Below, piece by piece: positions 52,083 to 61,626 of a stretch of 64,000 nucleotides of DNA. Under the pieces are notes generated by a model that saw only the letters and a list, made by a program, of their open reading frames with translations, did not search any database and had not been told where the DNA came from. Both the position numbers and the translations under genes were made by a program. The DNA lies in contig CAVSZD010000011.1 in assembly GCA_963732355.1 (NCBI GenBank), positions 1,645 to 65,644 of the forward strand, written 5' to 3'. This stretch comes from an uncultured Actinomycetota bacterium (GTDB lineage Bacteria > Actinomycetota > Actinomycetes > S36-B12 > UBA10799). Numbering within the stretch: position 1 is the stretch's first letter; each line of letters opens with the position of its first letter.

Positions 52083-53126
52083 ATGGCTCCTCTGGATCAG
52101 TACGTACCCGACCCGAACCGCTACGACGGGCGCATGCCACAACGCCGGTGCGGACAATCCGGGCTGACCCTGCCCGCCATCACGCTGGGCTTCTGGCACA
52201 ACTTCGGGGACACCACCCCGATCGCCACCCAGCGAGCCATCATGCGAGCGGCATTCGACGCAGGGATCACGCATTTCGACCTCGCCAACAACTACGGACC
52301 GCCGCACGGCAGCACGGAGACCAACGTCGGGCGCATCTTGCGCGAGGACTTCAGCACACTTCGAAACGAGTTGATCATCTCAACCAAGGCCGGATGGGAC
52401 ATGTGGCCCGGGCCATACGGTTTCCTCGGGTCACGCAAGTACTTGCTCGCGAGTCTGGACGACAGCCTCGAACGGCTCGGCCTTGACTACGTGGACATCT
52501 TCTACAGCCACCGCGCCGACGGGGACACCCCCCTGGAGGAGACCATGGGCGCCCTGGCCTCCGCGGTTCACCAGGGCAAAGCCCTCTACGCAGGCATCTC
52601 CTCCTACTCGCCGTCACGGACGCGCCGAGCCGCGCAGATCCTGTCCGAGATGGGTGTGCCGCTGCTGATCCACCAGCCTTCCTACTCGATGCTCAATCGC
52701 TGGATCGAGGATGGACTGATCGACACCTTGGGCGAACTCGGCGTGGGGTGCATCGGTTTCAGTCCACTGGCCCAAGGGATGCTCACGACCAGATACCTCG
52801 ACGGCATCCCGGCCGATTCCCGGGCGTCGCGCGACGCCTCACTGGATCCCGCCTGGCTGACTGATTCCTACCGCGACTCGGTGCGTGGGTTGGCCAAGAT
52901 CGCGCAGGCGCGGGGGCAGACGCTGGCACAGATGGCAGTGGCATGGACGCTGCGCGATGACCGGATGACGACGACGCTGATCGGCGCGAGCAGTGTCGAG
53001 CAGCTGCAGGAAACACTCGCAGCCGTGCAGAACACCGCGTTCAGCCAGGAGGAACTCGCGGCCATCGATCAGTTCGCCGCCGACGCAGGCATCAACATCT
53101 GGGAGGATTCGTCCCGGCTTCCCTGA
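52083..53126 (+). CDS. Aldo/keto reductase (L-glyceraldehyde-3-phosphate reductase, YghZ/MgrA type)
   Basis: LGFWHNFG, HFDLANNYGPP, ISTKAG, DIFYSHR, HQPSYS, FSPLAQG. Confidence 0.9.
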   Translation: MAPLDQYVPDPNRYDGRMPQRRCGQSGLTLPAITLGFWHNFGDTTPIATQRAIMRAAFDAGITHFDLANNYGPPHGSTETNVGRILREDFSTLRNELIISTKAGWDMWPGPYGFLGSRKYLLASLDDSLERLGLDYVDIFYSHRADGDTPLEETMGALASAVHQGKALYAGISSYSPSRTRRAAQILSEMGVPLLIHQPSYSMLNRWIEDGLIDTLGELGVGCIGFSPLAQGMLTTRYLDGIPADSRASRDASLDPAWLTDSYRDSVRGLAKIAQARGQTLAQMAVAWTLRDDRMTTTLIGASSVEQLQETLAAVQNTAFSQEELAAIDQFAADAGINIWEDSSRLP

Positions 53127-53166
53127 GCCGCCGATCGGGTCTGCGTGGTGCAAGGGATTCTCGCCA

Positions 53167-53844
53167 CTACGTGGATTGCTCTGGAGGAACGCCCTTGATG
53201 AGCAGCCAGAACCCGAGGCCGACCTCGGCGATGAAGCCGATCGCCCAGGATGGGTAACTGATCGCGGGGTATCCGGGCGCGAGGAGTGCCTGCAGGAACC
53301 AGACGAGGACCGCGACGCCGTCGAGCAGCAGGAGCCAACCGAGGAACCGAGGCAGGAACCCCGAACGGAGGACGAGCCAGCCCAGAGGGAACAGCCATGC
53401 GGAGAAGAACACCTGCGCCATGATGAAACTGGTCTGGTGGGTGGTGACCGACAACATCGCCAGAGAGTCGAGTTGCGGACCGGTGAGCCCCACAGCGTCA
53501 CTGTGCGCGAGAACGGTGAAGAGGGGCAGGTAGCTCGCACACTGCACCGCCACTCCGATCGCGTTGAGCACGAGCAGGAGCAGGGCAAGCGGTTCGTTGA
53601 CTGGGCGAAGAAGCACATACAGCGCCCAGGCGGTGAGGACGAACAGCAGCGCAGAGCCGATCGCTGAGACCAGCCCCAGCCGGAACAGAGCCTCGCTGTC
53701 TGTGATGGTCGCGCGCAGCGTGTCCGCGTCGCTGAGCCCGATGTGCCCGAGTTGGCTGGCGAGTACGTTCGCCAGGACGTAGGCCAGATACAGGCCACCC
53801 GCCCAGCGAGCGACTGCGGTCCGTGGCCATGCTGTTCCGATCAC
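53167..53844 (-). CDS. DUF4386-like membrane protein
   Basis: ARWAGGLYL, ALYVLLRPVN, RSGFLPRFLG, EVGLGFWLLIKG; SD GGAGGGG, GTGA overlap. Confidence 0.75.
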   Translation of the reverse strand: MIGTAWPRTAVARWAGGLYLAYVLANVLASQLGHIGLSDADTLRATITDSEALFRLGLVSAIGSALLFVLTAWALYVLLRPVNEPLALLLLVLNAIGVAVQCASYLPLFTVLAHSDAVGLTGPQLDSLAMLSVTTHQTSFIMAQVFFSAWLFPLGWLVLRSGFLPRFLGWLLLLDGVAVLVWFLQALLAPGYPAISYPSWAIGFIAEVGLGFWLLIKGVPPEQST

Positions 53845-54362
53845 GGCAGCACCCCTCCTTCTGTCACCCTTGCCTGACAATCCGCTTCAGCCTGCCCTGC
53901 CCGGGTGACCAGCCCGACTGCCAGTCCGAGGGCCATTACGCGGATCACGTTGAACACCGTGGCCACGAACAACCAGTGGCCGGGGTCCGACACTCCCGAT
54001 CCCAGCTTCGAAGGCACCTCGACCAACAGGGTGAGCAGGACGACGGCGGCCGCGCTGAGCCACAGCGCTTGGCTCAGCGGATCGCTTCCGGGGACCCTCC
54101 GCGGGTATCGCATGAGCACCAGAGCCACGACGCTGGCGATGAGCAGCCCCCCGACCGCCGCCTGCACAAGCATCGGCACATAACTGATCGACAATGCGGA
54201 CCGGTACGCCGCGGCGATCGGGGTCAACGAGATAACGAGGTTGGCTGACCAGAACGCGAACGCTCCGGCTATGGCCGGTCTGCGCCAGCCACTCCGGGGT
54301 GACCCCGCGGGCTTCGCATTCCGGGGACCGGACGAGGGCACCTCGAAGGCTTCCATCATCAC
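53841..54362 (-). CDS. Hypothetical membrane protein
   Basis: Four hydrophobic segments; stop coupled to the next gene. Confidence 0.6.
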   Translation of the reverse strand: MMMEAFEVPSSGPRNAKPAGSPRSGWRRPAIAGAFAFWSANLVISLTPIAAAYRSALSISYVPMLVQAAVGGLLIASVVALVLMRYPRRVPGSDPLSQALWLSAAAVVLLTLLVEVPSKLGSGVSDPGHWLFVATVFNVIRVMALGLAVGLVTRAGQAEADCQARVTEGGVLP

Positions 54363-54398
54363 TCCCAGGGGCCAGACCCACGACCCGACCCGACTCCA

Positions 54399-54518
54399 TC
54401 ATCGCGCCGATTGGGTCGGATTGCGAGGAGTCTGCAACACCTCGCGAAAAGCGGCATTGACCTGTACGGGCCACTCGAGATTGCTCATGTGGCCAGCCCC
54501 AACGATCACGACGAGCTC
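54399..54518 (-). pseudogene. C-terminal relic of an alpha/beta hydrolase
   Basis: ELVVIVGAGHMSNLEWPVQVNAAFREVL (catalytic-His segment), preceded by an in-frame TAG. Confidence 0.6.
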
Positions 54519-54532
54519 CTAGTCAGGGACGA

Positions 54533-54741
54533 CCTCCGGCGACCTCCTCCCAAGTCCCGCAGTACCCCTCCAAATGAAATACGGACCCGGCAAGCGTGCC
54601 AGGTCCGTATTTCATGGGGTGAGTGACGGGAGCCGTCGGCCGCCTCCGGCGACCTCCTCCCAAGTCCCGCAGTACCCCTCCAAATGAAATACGGACCCGG
54701 CAAGCGTGCCAGGTCCGTATTTCATGGGGTGAGTGACGGGA
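54533..54741. repeat. Direct repeat 2 x 99 bp (110-bp period) containing tRNA-His 3' 17 nt plus terminator
   Basis: 54533-54631 identical to 54643-54741. Confidence 0.95.
54684..54725 (-). terminator. Hairpin terminator after tRNA-His (second copy 54574-54615)
   Basis: ATGAAATACGGACC/GGTCCGTATTTCAT 14-bp perfect stem with extended inner pairing, followed by TT on the minus strand. Confidence 0.75.
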
Positions 54742-54800
54742 CTTGAACCCGCGACCCCCTGGACCACAACCAGGTGCTCTACCGGCTGAGCTACACCCAC
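54725..54800 (-). tRNA. tRNA-His (GTG)
   Basis: 76-nt cloverleaf GTGGGTG...TTGTGGT...TTCAAGT...CACTCAC-C-CCA; encoded CCA, C discriminator, G-1 at 54801. Confidence 0.97.
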
Positions 54801-54855
54801 CAAAAGACCCCGCCAGTTGCGGAGTCTCCAACATTCTAGCGATACGGTTCTACGC

Positions 54856-55509
54856 GTGGTCGAGCCCATCCGCAGCTACCACGCGCGGCGAGGACGTCTG
54901 TCCGCCAATCAACGCACCGCCCTGGAAAGGCACGCCGGTCTGGACCTCGCCACGTGGCCGGATCCGATCGATCTGGACGCGGCGTTCGGCCGCTCTGCTA
55001 CGAGGGTCCTGGAGATCGGCAGCGGAGTCGGCGACACCGTTCTCCAACTTGCGGCCGAAAATCCGCACACCGACTACATCGCAGCCGACGTGCACACCAA
55101 GGGAATCGCCCGGACACTGCTGCAGATGGAAGCCCGCGCCATCAGCAACGTCCGGGTGTTGCACGGCGACGCATTGGCCTTCCTGTCCCAGCTGCCGGAC
55201 GGCTGCCTGGCCCAGATCCTGGTCTTCTTTCCAGACCCATGGCCGAAGGCCCGACACCATAAACGGCGCCTCATCCGGCGCGAGTTCACCCAGGCCGCCG
55301 GCAGTGCACTCGAACCCGGCGGCACCTTGCACGTAGCCACGGACATCCCCGAGTACGCCGAGCACACCCGTCACGTGCTGTCTCGGGATGCGCGCTTCGA
55401 GAAACAGCACGACGGGGCGCGGGTTGCGCAGCGCCCCCGGACCAAGTATGAAATCGCCGGCGAGCGGCACGGCCGCCGGGCGATCGACCTCGTGTACGCA
55501 CGTCGGTGA
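54856..55509 (+). CDS. trmB: tRNA (guanine-N7)-methyltransferase
   Basis: LEIGSGVG, FFPDPWPKARHHKRRL, ATDIPEYA, TKYE. Confidence 0.93.
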   Translation: MVEPIRSYHARRGRLSANQRTALERHAGLDLATWPDPIDLDAAFGRSATRVLEIGSGVGDTVLQLAAENPHTDYIAADVHTKGIARTLLQMEARAISNVRVLHGDALAFLSQLPDGCLAQILVFFPDPWPKARHHKRRLIRREFTQAAGSALEPGGTLHVATDIPEYAEHTRHVLSRDARFEKQHDGARVAQRPRTKYEIAGERHGRRAIDLVYARR

Positions 55510-55555
55510 CCAATTGGCCCTTGATCTGGGCCCAGGATGCGGCACGATCGCAGTT

Positions 55556-56302
55556 GTGAGGACGATCGATCTCAACGCCGATGTCGGGGAGATGGCCCCG
55601 GACCTCGACGAGGCGATCATCGAGGTGGTCACCAGTGTCAACATCGCTTGCGGAGGTCACGCTGGCGATGACCAGAGCATGACCCGGGTCGCGACCCTGG
55701 CTGCATCGCAGCGGGTGCGCATCGGGGCTCATCCCTCCTACCTGGATCGGGACGGATTCGGCCGCACTCGCCAGGATGTCGATCCCACGGTTCTCAGCGC
55801 ACAGGTTCGCGACCAGATCCTCCGGCTCGCCTCGTGCAGCCGCGCGCCCGTCGAGTACGTCAAACCCCACGGCGCTCTGTATCACGCTGGTGCCACCGAC
55901 CCGTTCGTCGCTGAAGCGATCGTGGCAGCGGTCGTCGACGCCAGCCAACAACTGGGCAACCGCCTGGCGTTGATGGGCCAGCCCGGCTCACTTTTCCTCA
56001 AACTCGCCGGGAGAGAGGGCCTCACAGCGATCACCGAAGGCTTCGCCGACCGCGCCTACCGCGGCGATGGCGAGCTGGTACCCCGCCATGAGCCCGGCGC
56101 GGTTCTGACGCAGGGCGACGCGGTGATCGACCAAGTCGTCGCCCTGGCCCGGGGAGAGGTCGTCACGGCCGACGGGCGGCTCATCGCGATGCGCGCGGAA
56201 TCTGTTTGTCTGCATTCCGACACCGCCGGTGCCGCCGAGTTGGCCCACCGCATCCGGACACATCTGGATGCAACTGGCGTGCGTGTACAGGCCGGCCCAT
56301 GA
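55556..56302 (+). CDS. pxpA: 5-oxoprolinase subunit A (LamB/YcsF)
   Basis: IDLNADVGE, NIACGGHAGD, GAHPSY, YVKPHGALY, EGFADRAY, CLHSDT. Confidence 0.92.
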   Translation: MRTIDLNADVGEMAPDLDEAIIEVVTSVNIACGGHAGDDQSMTRVATLAASQRVRIGAHPSYLDRDGFGRTRQDVDPTVLSAQVRDQILRLASCSRAPVEYVKPHGALYHAGATDPFVAEAIVAAVVDASQQLGNRLALMGQPGSLFLKLAGREGLTAITEGFADRAYRGDGELVPRHEPGAVLTQGDAVIDQVVALARGEVVTADGRLIAMRAESVCLHSDTAGAAELAHRIRTHLDATGVRVQAGP

Positions 56303-56869
56303 AGGTCGTCCGCTTCGGCGAAGACGGTTGGCTTCTCAGCACGCAGGATCCGATCGCTCTGGCAGCGGTCATCGATGCCCGCCGCCTTGACGATGTGGTG
56401 CCCGGACAGCAACATGTCCTTCTGCGGGGCACAGATGCGGCTGTCGAGGACGTCCTGCGCAACCTGCCCGAGGTCCTGCATCGGCGACCCACACGTCGAT
56501 CCGCTGATACTTCCCGCGCAGTGGGACGGCCCGGATCTGGACGAGGTGGCCCGGTCCGCCGGGATGTCCTCGGTGGAGGTGATCGCCACGCTGAAGGCCA
56601 CCACTCTCACGGTGGCGTTCATCGGATTCGCACCCGGTTTCGGATACCTGACCGGACTGGACGAGCGCCTACATCTGCCGCGCCGGGATAGGCCGCGGGC
56701 AAGCGTGCCTGCAGGCTCGATCGCCATCGCTGCCGGGTACTGCGCGGTCTACCCGAATGCCTCGCCAGGCGGCTGGCACCTGGTCGGCCGTTGCGCAAAG
56801 CGGTTGTTCTCCCCGGACCAGGATCCGCCGTCCCTGCTGCAGCCCGGCGACACCGTGAGATTCACGTGA
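56299..56869 (+). CDS. pxpB: 5-oxoprolinase subunit B (frameshift ~56475)
   Basis: MKVVRFGED...DVVPG, then GPDLDEVA, GFAPGFGYL, VPAGSIAIA, YPNASPGGW. Confidence 0.85.
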
Positions 56870-57702
56870 GCGAGGCGCTGCGGGTTCTTGAGACCGGGCC
56901 CTTGACGACGAGTCAAGACCTAGGGAGAGCGGGCTACGCGCACCTCGGGGTCGGACGGGCTGGCGCATTCGACAAACGGGCTTGGCGTCTGGCCAACCGC
57001 CTGGTGGGCAATGTGCCGGACGCTGCGGGTCTGGAGTGCCTCGGCGGCGGACTGACAACCACTGCTCTGCGTCATCTCACCATCGCGATCACCGGCGCGA
57101 TCGGCCCGGTGATCGTTAATGGCCGGCCCCACTCAACCAACACACCGCTGCACCTGGCCACCGGCGACGTGGTCCGGCTCGGCCCACCACGTCTGGGCAT
57201 TCGCTACTACCTGGCGATGTCCGGCGGCCTGAGCACATCGCCGGTCCTGGGCTCTCGGTCCTACGACACGCTCGGCCGGATCGGACCTCCCCCCTTGGCG
57301 GTCGGTGACATTCTGCGAAGCGGGCGTGAACGCAGCAGGCATCCGCACGTCGATCACGTGGCACCGATCGAGCCGGGGCGCGAGTTCGAGATCCTGCCGG
57401 GCCCGGACGGCGACGAGTTGGTGTTGGCCGCCCTGTCGAATCAGCCCTGGGACCTCGACCCGCAGTCGGACCGCATCGGCGTGCGACTGGCGGGCAGTCC
57501 GCTGCCGGTGGCCGTGTCGAACTTGCCCAGCAAACCGATGGTGCTGGGCGCCCTCCAGTTGCCTCCCAACGGTCTGCCGATCATCCTTGGACCCGACCAC
57601 CCCACCACCGGCGGTTACCCGGTAATCGCGGTCGTGACCGTCGCAAGTATGTGTGATGTCGCACAATGGTCCGGCGGACCGCGCCGGTTTCGCCGTGCTT
57701 AG
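56866..57702 (+). CDS. pxpC: 5-oxoprolinase subunit C
   Basis: QDLGRAG, ANRLVGN, LGSRS, SDRIGVRL, DHPTTGGYP. Confidence 0.9.
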   Translation: MSEALRVLETGPLTTSQDLGRAGYAHLGVGRAGAFDKRAWRLANRLVGNVPDAAGLECLGGGLTTTALRHLTIAITGAIGPVIVNGRPHSTNTPLHLATGDVVRLGPPRLGIRYYLAMSGGLSTSPVLGSRSYDTLGRIGPPPLAVGDILRSGRERSRHPHVDHVAPIEPGREFEILPGPDGDELVLAALSNQPWDLDPQSDRIGVRLAGSPLPVAVSNLPSKPMVLGALQLPPNGLPIILGPDHPTTGGYPVIAVVTVASMCDVAQWSGGPRRFRRA

Positions 57703-57710
57703 GTGAGAAC

Positions 57711-58637
57711 GTGAGCCTGCGCACTAACGAAAGCACCGGAACCGACCATTGGGTCGACATCGACGGCCCCGTTCACTACCGCGACTACGGCGGCCCCGAC
57801 GGCGGCCCCCTGATCGTGTGCATTCACGGCCTGGGTGGCTCAGCACTCAACTGGGACCTAATCGCGCCGCACCTGACACACCGCTGCCGGGTCGTCGCGC
57901 TCGACCTACCCGGCCACGGCCTGACCGAGGCGGGCCGCCGCTCGACCAGCGTGCATGCCAACCAGCACATCATTCACCGGTTCTTGACGGAGGTGACCGG
58001 CTCGCCTGCTGTGCTGATGGGCAACTCGATGGGCGGGCTGCTGGCCGTCGTGCAGGCCACCTCCGCCCCGCGCACGGCTGCGGGAGTTGTGCTCATCGCG
58101 CCCGCGCTGCCCGCGGCGGGTCTGATGGTCGGCGACCTTCGGATGGTTCTTGAATTCGCCGTGCTCTCGACCCCGGGAGTCGGTGCCATGATCGTCAATC
58201 TGTGGACCCGCTTGGCCTCAGCCGAGGCGCAAGTCGCCCGGATGCTGGCGGTGGTCAGCGTGGACCCGACCCGCCTGCCCAAGGAGGCCTTCGATGCCGC
58301 CGTCGCACAGGCCCAGATACGCAAGCAGTTCGGTGGCACTGCCCGCCACCTCGTGGAGGCCGCCCGGTCGGTGGTGTTGATGAGCCAGGGGCGCAACTAC
58401 GTGCGTCGCCTGCGTGACTTGGAAATGCCGGTGCTGCTCATCCATGGCGGCCAGGATCGTGTGGTCTCTGCCCGGTCGGCGGTGGCAACGGCTGCCAGAC
58501 GCCCAGAGTGGACCTTCCGGCTGATCGAGGAGGTCGGACATGCCCCGCAGATCCAGGAACCCGAGATGACCGCCGAGACGATTCTGCAATGGATGGATGC
58601 CAACCCAGAAGTGGCCACTGCCGCCGCGCTTGCCTGA
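57711..58637 (+). CDS. Alpha/beta hydrolase (lipase/esterase-like)
   Basis: HGLGGS, DLPGHG, GNSMGG, HGGQD, GHAPQ. Confidence 0.88.
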   Translation: MSLRTNESTGTDHWVDIDGPVHYRDYGGPDGGPLIVCIHGLGGSALNWDLIAPHLTHRCRVVALDLPGHGLTEAGRRSTSVHANQHIIHRFLTEVTGSPAVLMGNSMGGLLAVVQATSAPRTAAGVVLIAPALPAAGLMVGDLRMVLEFAVLSTPGVGAMIVNLWTRLASAEAQVARMLAVVSVDPTRLPKEAFDAAVAQAQIRKQFGGTARHLVEAARSVVLMSQGRNYVRRLRDLEMPVLLIHGGQDRVVSARSAVATAARRPEWTFRLIEEVGHAPQIQEPEMTAETILQWMDANPEVATAAALA

Positions 58638-58671
58638 ACTACGCTGGGGCCGCGCCCCACATGGAGGTTTG

Positions 58672-60051
58672 ATGCCTGATCGCCTGACCCCGCTCGACAC
58701 GACGTTCCTGCTGCTGGAACGTGACGGACAGCCGATGCACATCGGGGGGTTGATGGTCTTCGAGGGCCCGGCACCCTCCTACGACCAGTTGTGCGCCTAC
58801 CTTGATTCCCGCTTGGACCAGGTACCGAGGTACCGCCAGCGGATCCAATCTGTGCCGCTGGACCTGGGTCAGCCGGTCTGGGTGGACGACGAGAACTTCG
58901 AGATGGAGTTCCACGTCCGGCATACCGCAGTACCAAAGCCGGGCAAGGCCGAGCAGGTGGAACGGCTTGCCAGTCGGCTTCTGTCCCAGCGCCTCGATCT
59001 GGATCGTCCGCTGTGGGAGATGTGGTTGGTCGAGGGTCTGGCCAAGGGACGGTGGGCGCTGATCAACAAGGCCCATCACGCGATGATCGATGGACTCTCC
59101 GGCCACGACATCATGGAGGTCATTCTCGACACCGACGCGGAAGAGCGCGTGAATGCTGCGAGCACTTGGACCCCGGATCCCTCACCGGGCACCGTCGAGT
59201 TGTTGACCGACGCGATGGTGGACTCGGTTCGGCGGCCCGGTGTGCACCTCGGCCGGATCCTGGGCCGACTGGGCAGCCCGCGGGAGTTGGCCGAGCACCT
59301 CGGAGCCCGCGCGATGGGCAGCACCAACCTCGGCAGCCGGCTGATTTCAACCGACACGGCCATGGGCGGTCCCATCGGGCCGCATCGACGGTGGGCGTGG
59401 GCAGCCGGCGACCTCTCCACACTCAAGGCGGCCAAGAACCGCTTCGGGGGCACGGTCAATGACGTGATCCTTACTGCTGTCAGTGGAGGTTTCCGCGAAC
59501 TGCTGCTGGAGCGCGGCACCGACCCGCAGACGGTGGAGATCCAGACGATGATCCCGGTGTCCATGCGCCGGCCCGGGGACTCCAGTGGCGGCAACGAGGT
59601 CTCAGCCATGTTCGCCCAACTTCCGGTCGGGGTCGCTGACCCGGTCGAGCGACTCGTGGCCATGACCCGCCAGATGGACCGGGTCAAGCGCAGCGGGACC
59701 CCCCTGACCGTGGACTCGATCATCGGGCTGGCCGACTTCGTCCCACCGATGCTGTTCGCAGCCGCGGGGCGAGTGGCTGCCAATGTCGACCTGCGCGCGT
59801 TCGACACCGTGACCACCAATGTCCCGGGGCCTCAGATCCCCCTGTACCTACTGGGCCGACAGCTGCGAACACTCGTGCCGTTCGTTCCCCTCGGCCCAGG
59901 CGTGCGTATCTCCACCGCGATCGTCTCGTACAACGGCATCATCAACTTCGGAGTGACCGCCGACTACGACACGGTGCGCGACCTGCCCGCGTTCATCCAG
60001 GGAATCGAGCGCACGCTGGAGGGACTCGGCGACGCACTTCTGGATGAGTAG
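58672..60051 (+). CDS. Wax ester synthase / diacylglycerol acyltransferase
   Basis: PMHIGG, LDLDRPLWE, HHAMIDG, TVNDV, TNVPGP. Confidence 0.93.
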   Translation: MPDRLTPLDTTFLLLERDGQPMHIGGLMVFEGPAPSYDQLCAYLDSRLDQVPRYRQRIQSVPLDLGQPVWVDDENFEMEFHVRHTAVPKPGKAEQVERLASRLLSQRLDLDRPLWEMWLVEGLAKGRWALINKAHHAMIDGLSGHDIMEVILDTDAEERVNAASTWTPDPSPGTVELLTDAMVDSVRRPGVHLGRILGRLGSPRELAEHLGARAMGSTNLGSRLISTDTAMGGPIGPHRRWAWAAGDLSTLKAAKNRFGGTVNDVILTAVSGGFRELLLERGTDPQTVEIQTMIPVSMRRPGDSSGGNEVSAMFAQLPVGVADPVERLVAMTRQMDRVKRSGTPLTVDSIIGLADFVPPMLFAAAGRVAANVDLRAFDTVTTNVPGPQIPLYLLGRQLRTLVPFVPLGPGVRISTAIVSYNGIINFGVTADYDTVRDLPAFIQGIERTLEGLGDALLDE

Positions 60052-60160
60052 CGGTCCGTTTCCAAGGACCAACTCGATGGGCCGGGAGAGTGGGGCTCAT
60101 GGCCGCCCAGAGGGCCAAGGGAAGGACCTGAATAAGCAGGCTCAACGACCGGTTCACGCC

Positions 60161-61021
60161 TCAGTGCACTATGGCCACGCTGCAGGGTGCATGGTGCAGG
60201 ACCTTGTGACTCACCGATCCCAGCACAAGCGCCTTGAAGCCCCCACGCCCGCGCGATCCGACGACCAGCATCTGGGCACCGGCTGCGGCATCCACGAGGA
60301 CCCGGGGGGCCGGACCACGCTCGATCACCGACTCCACCTCGACGTCGGGGTAACGCGCACGGTGACCAGCCAACACCTCGGCACCGAGGCGCGTTTCAAC
60401 ATCGCGGATGTCGTCCAGGATCCCGCCGTGCGGGTAGGTGGAATCCTCGACGTCGAAGCCGATCACCGAGACATCCCAGGCATGGACCGCCTTCAGCGCC
60501 CATGCCCGCCGACTGGCTTCGTCGAAGGCGAAGTCGAGAGCTCGAGCCGACTGTGGGGACCCGTCGATGCCCACCACCAGCAAGCCTGTATCCGGGGCCG
60601 GCTCACGCGTGCAGATCACTGGGCAAACTGCATGGGCGGCCACCTGCTGCGATGTGGCCCCTGCGAGCAGTTCGCCCATGACCCCGTGATCAGTGGCACC
60701 CACCACGACAAGGTCAGCGTCGATGCTGCGCTGCACCAGTGCGGCCGCGGCCGGACCGGGCGCTCCTTGCCCTGCTGCTTGAACCTTCATTCCCAGCAGT
60801 TCCGCAGCCGCTCCAGCAGCCATCTGCGCGGCCCGCTCCTGCAGGATCTGCGCCATCCGGGGATCGACGGCGGCACCCATCCCCATGCCGATGTCGACAG
60901 TGGGCTGTTCCCAGGCGGTGACAACGTCCACATCCAGGCCTCGCAGCCGCGCTTCCTCGGCGGCCAGCATGAGAGCCGCCCGCGAAGCCGGTGAACCGTC
61001 GTACCCCACCACCACTGACAT
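60161..61021 (-). CDS. Universal stress protein (tandem USP domains)
   Basis: VVVGYDGS / VVGIDGS, VVGSRGRGG...LGSVS. Confidence 0.92.
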   Translation of the reverse strand: MSVVVGYDGSPASRAALMLAAEEARLRGLDVDVVTAWEQPTVDIGMGMGAAVDPRMAQILQERAAQMAAGAAAELLGMKVQAAGQGAPGPAAAALVQRSIDADLVVVGATDHGVMGELLAGATSQQVAAHAVCPVICTREPAPDTGLLVVGIDGSPQSARALDFAFDEASRRAWALKAVHAWDVSVIGFDVEDSTYPHGGILDDIRDVETRLGAEVLAGHRARYPDVEVESVIERGPAPRVLVDAAAGAQMLVVGSRGRGGFKALVLGSVSHKVLHHAPCSVAIVH

Positions 61022-61101
61022 ATCCACAACCTCCTGCGGGCCAAGCCTAGCCGCGGGGTACAGTTTGGGCAGCCAACTGTCGCTTCCGGGGGGAATCGTC
61101 G

Positions 61102-61626
61102 ATGTCGCGTCTTCCTTCGAGCCCACCTCGCGGCAACGCCCGCATCCGCATCCTCGGCGTGGAGCCTGCCACGCCGGCCAAAAGTCCGGTTCGTCGCGTG
61201 CGAATCCTGCCCGCTTTCGGGATCGCTCTGCTCGTCGCCCTGGGGATAACCGTGGTCGTACGCCCAGATCATCCACAGGTCTCGCAACCACCCGTTCGCG
61301 TGTCAGACCAGCCGCCCAGGATTGTGCTCATGGCAACCGCAGAACACGCAGCCTTCGTGCCACGACCGCGCGTGACCCATGTCATGGTGGCCGCGACACG
61401 GGCCAACCTCGACTCGGCCGCGCGCCACGCTGCACGGACAGTTGACACCCCCGCCTCCCAGGACTGGATCGCGACTGCAACCAATCCGTCCGCGACGTCC
61501 ACGACCACGACCACGACCACAACGGTTCCGGCCCCGGCACCCGAGTCCGAGCCAGCCACCCAGAACCCAGTCGGACCCGAAATACCACCCAACCCCGTTT
61601 CTCCCACACAGATTGATGCGCCATGA
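61102..61626 (+). CDS. Hypothetical membrane-anchored protein with Thr/Pro-rich tail (start uncertain)
   Basis: One TM segment, poly-Thr, ATGA overlap with the next gene. Confidence 0.45.
   Translation: MSRLPSSPPRGNARIRILGVEPATPAKSPVRRVRILPAFGIALLVALGITVVVRPDHPQVSQPPVRVSDQPPRIVLMATAEHAAFVPRPRVTHVMVAATRANLDSAARHAARTVDTPASQDWIATATNPSATSTTTTTTTTVPAPAPESEPATQNPVGPEIPPNPVSPTQIDAP

Noticed and set aside
53167-54741. Prophage or genomic island at tRNA-His
   Set aside because: No integrase or phage genes; I saw no distant att copy, and the duplicate is only 110 bp away.
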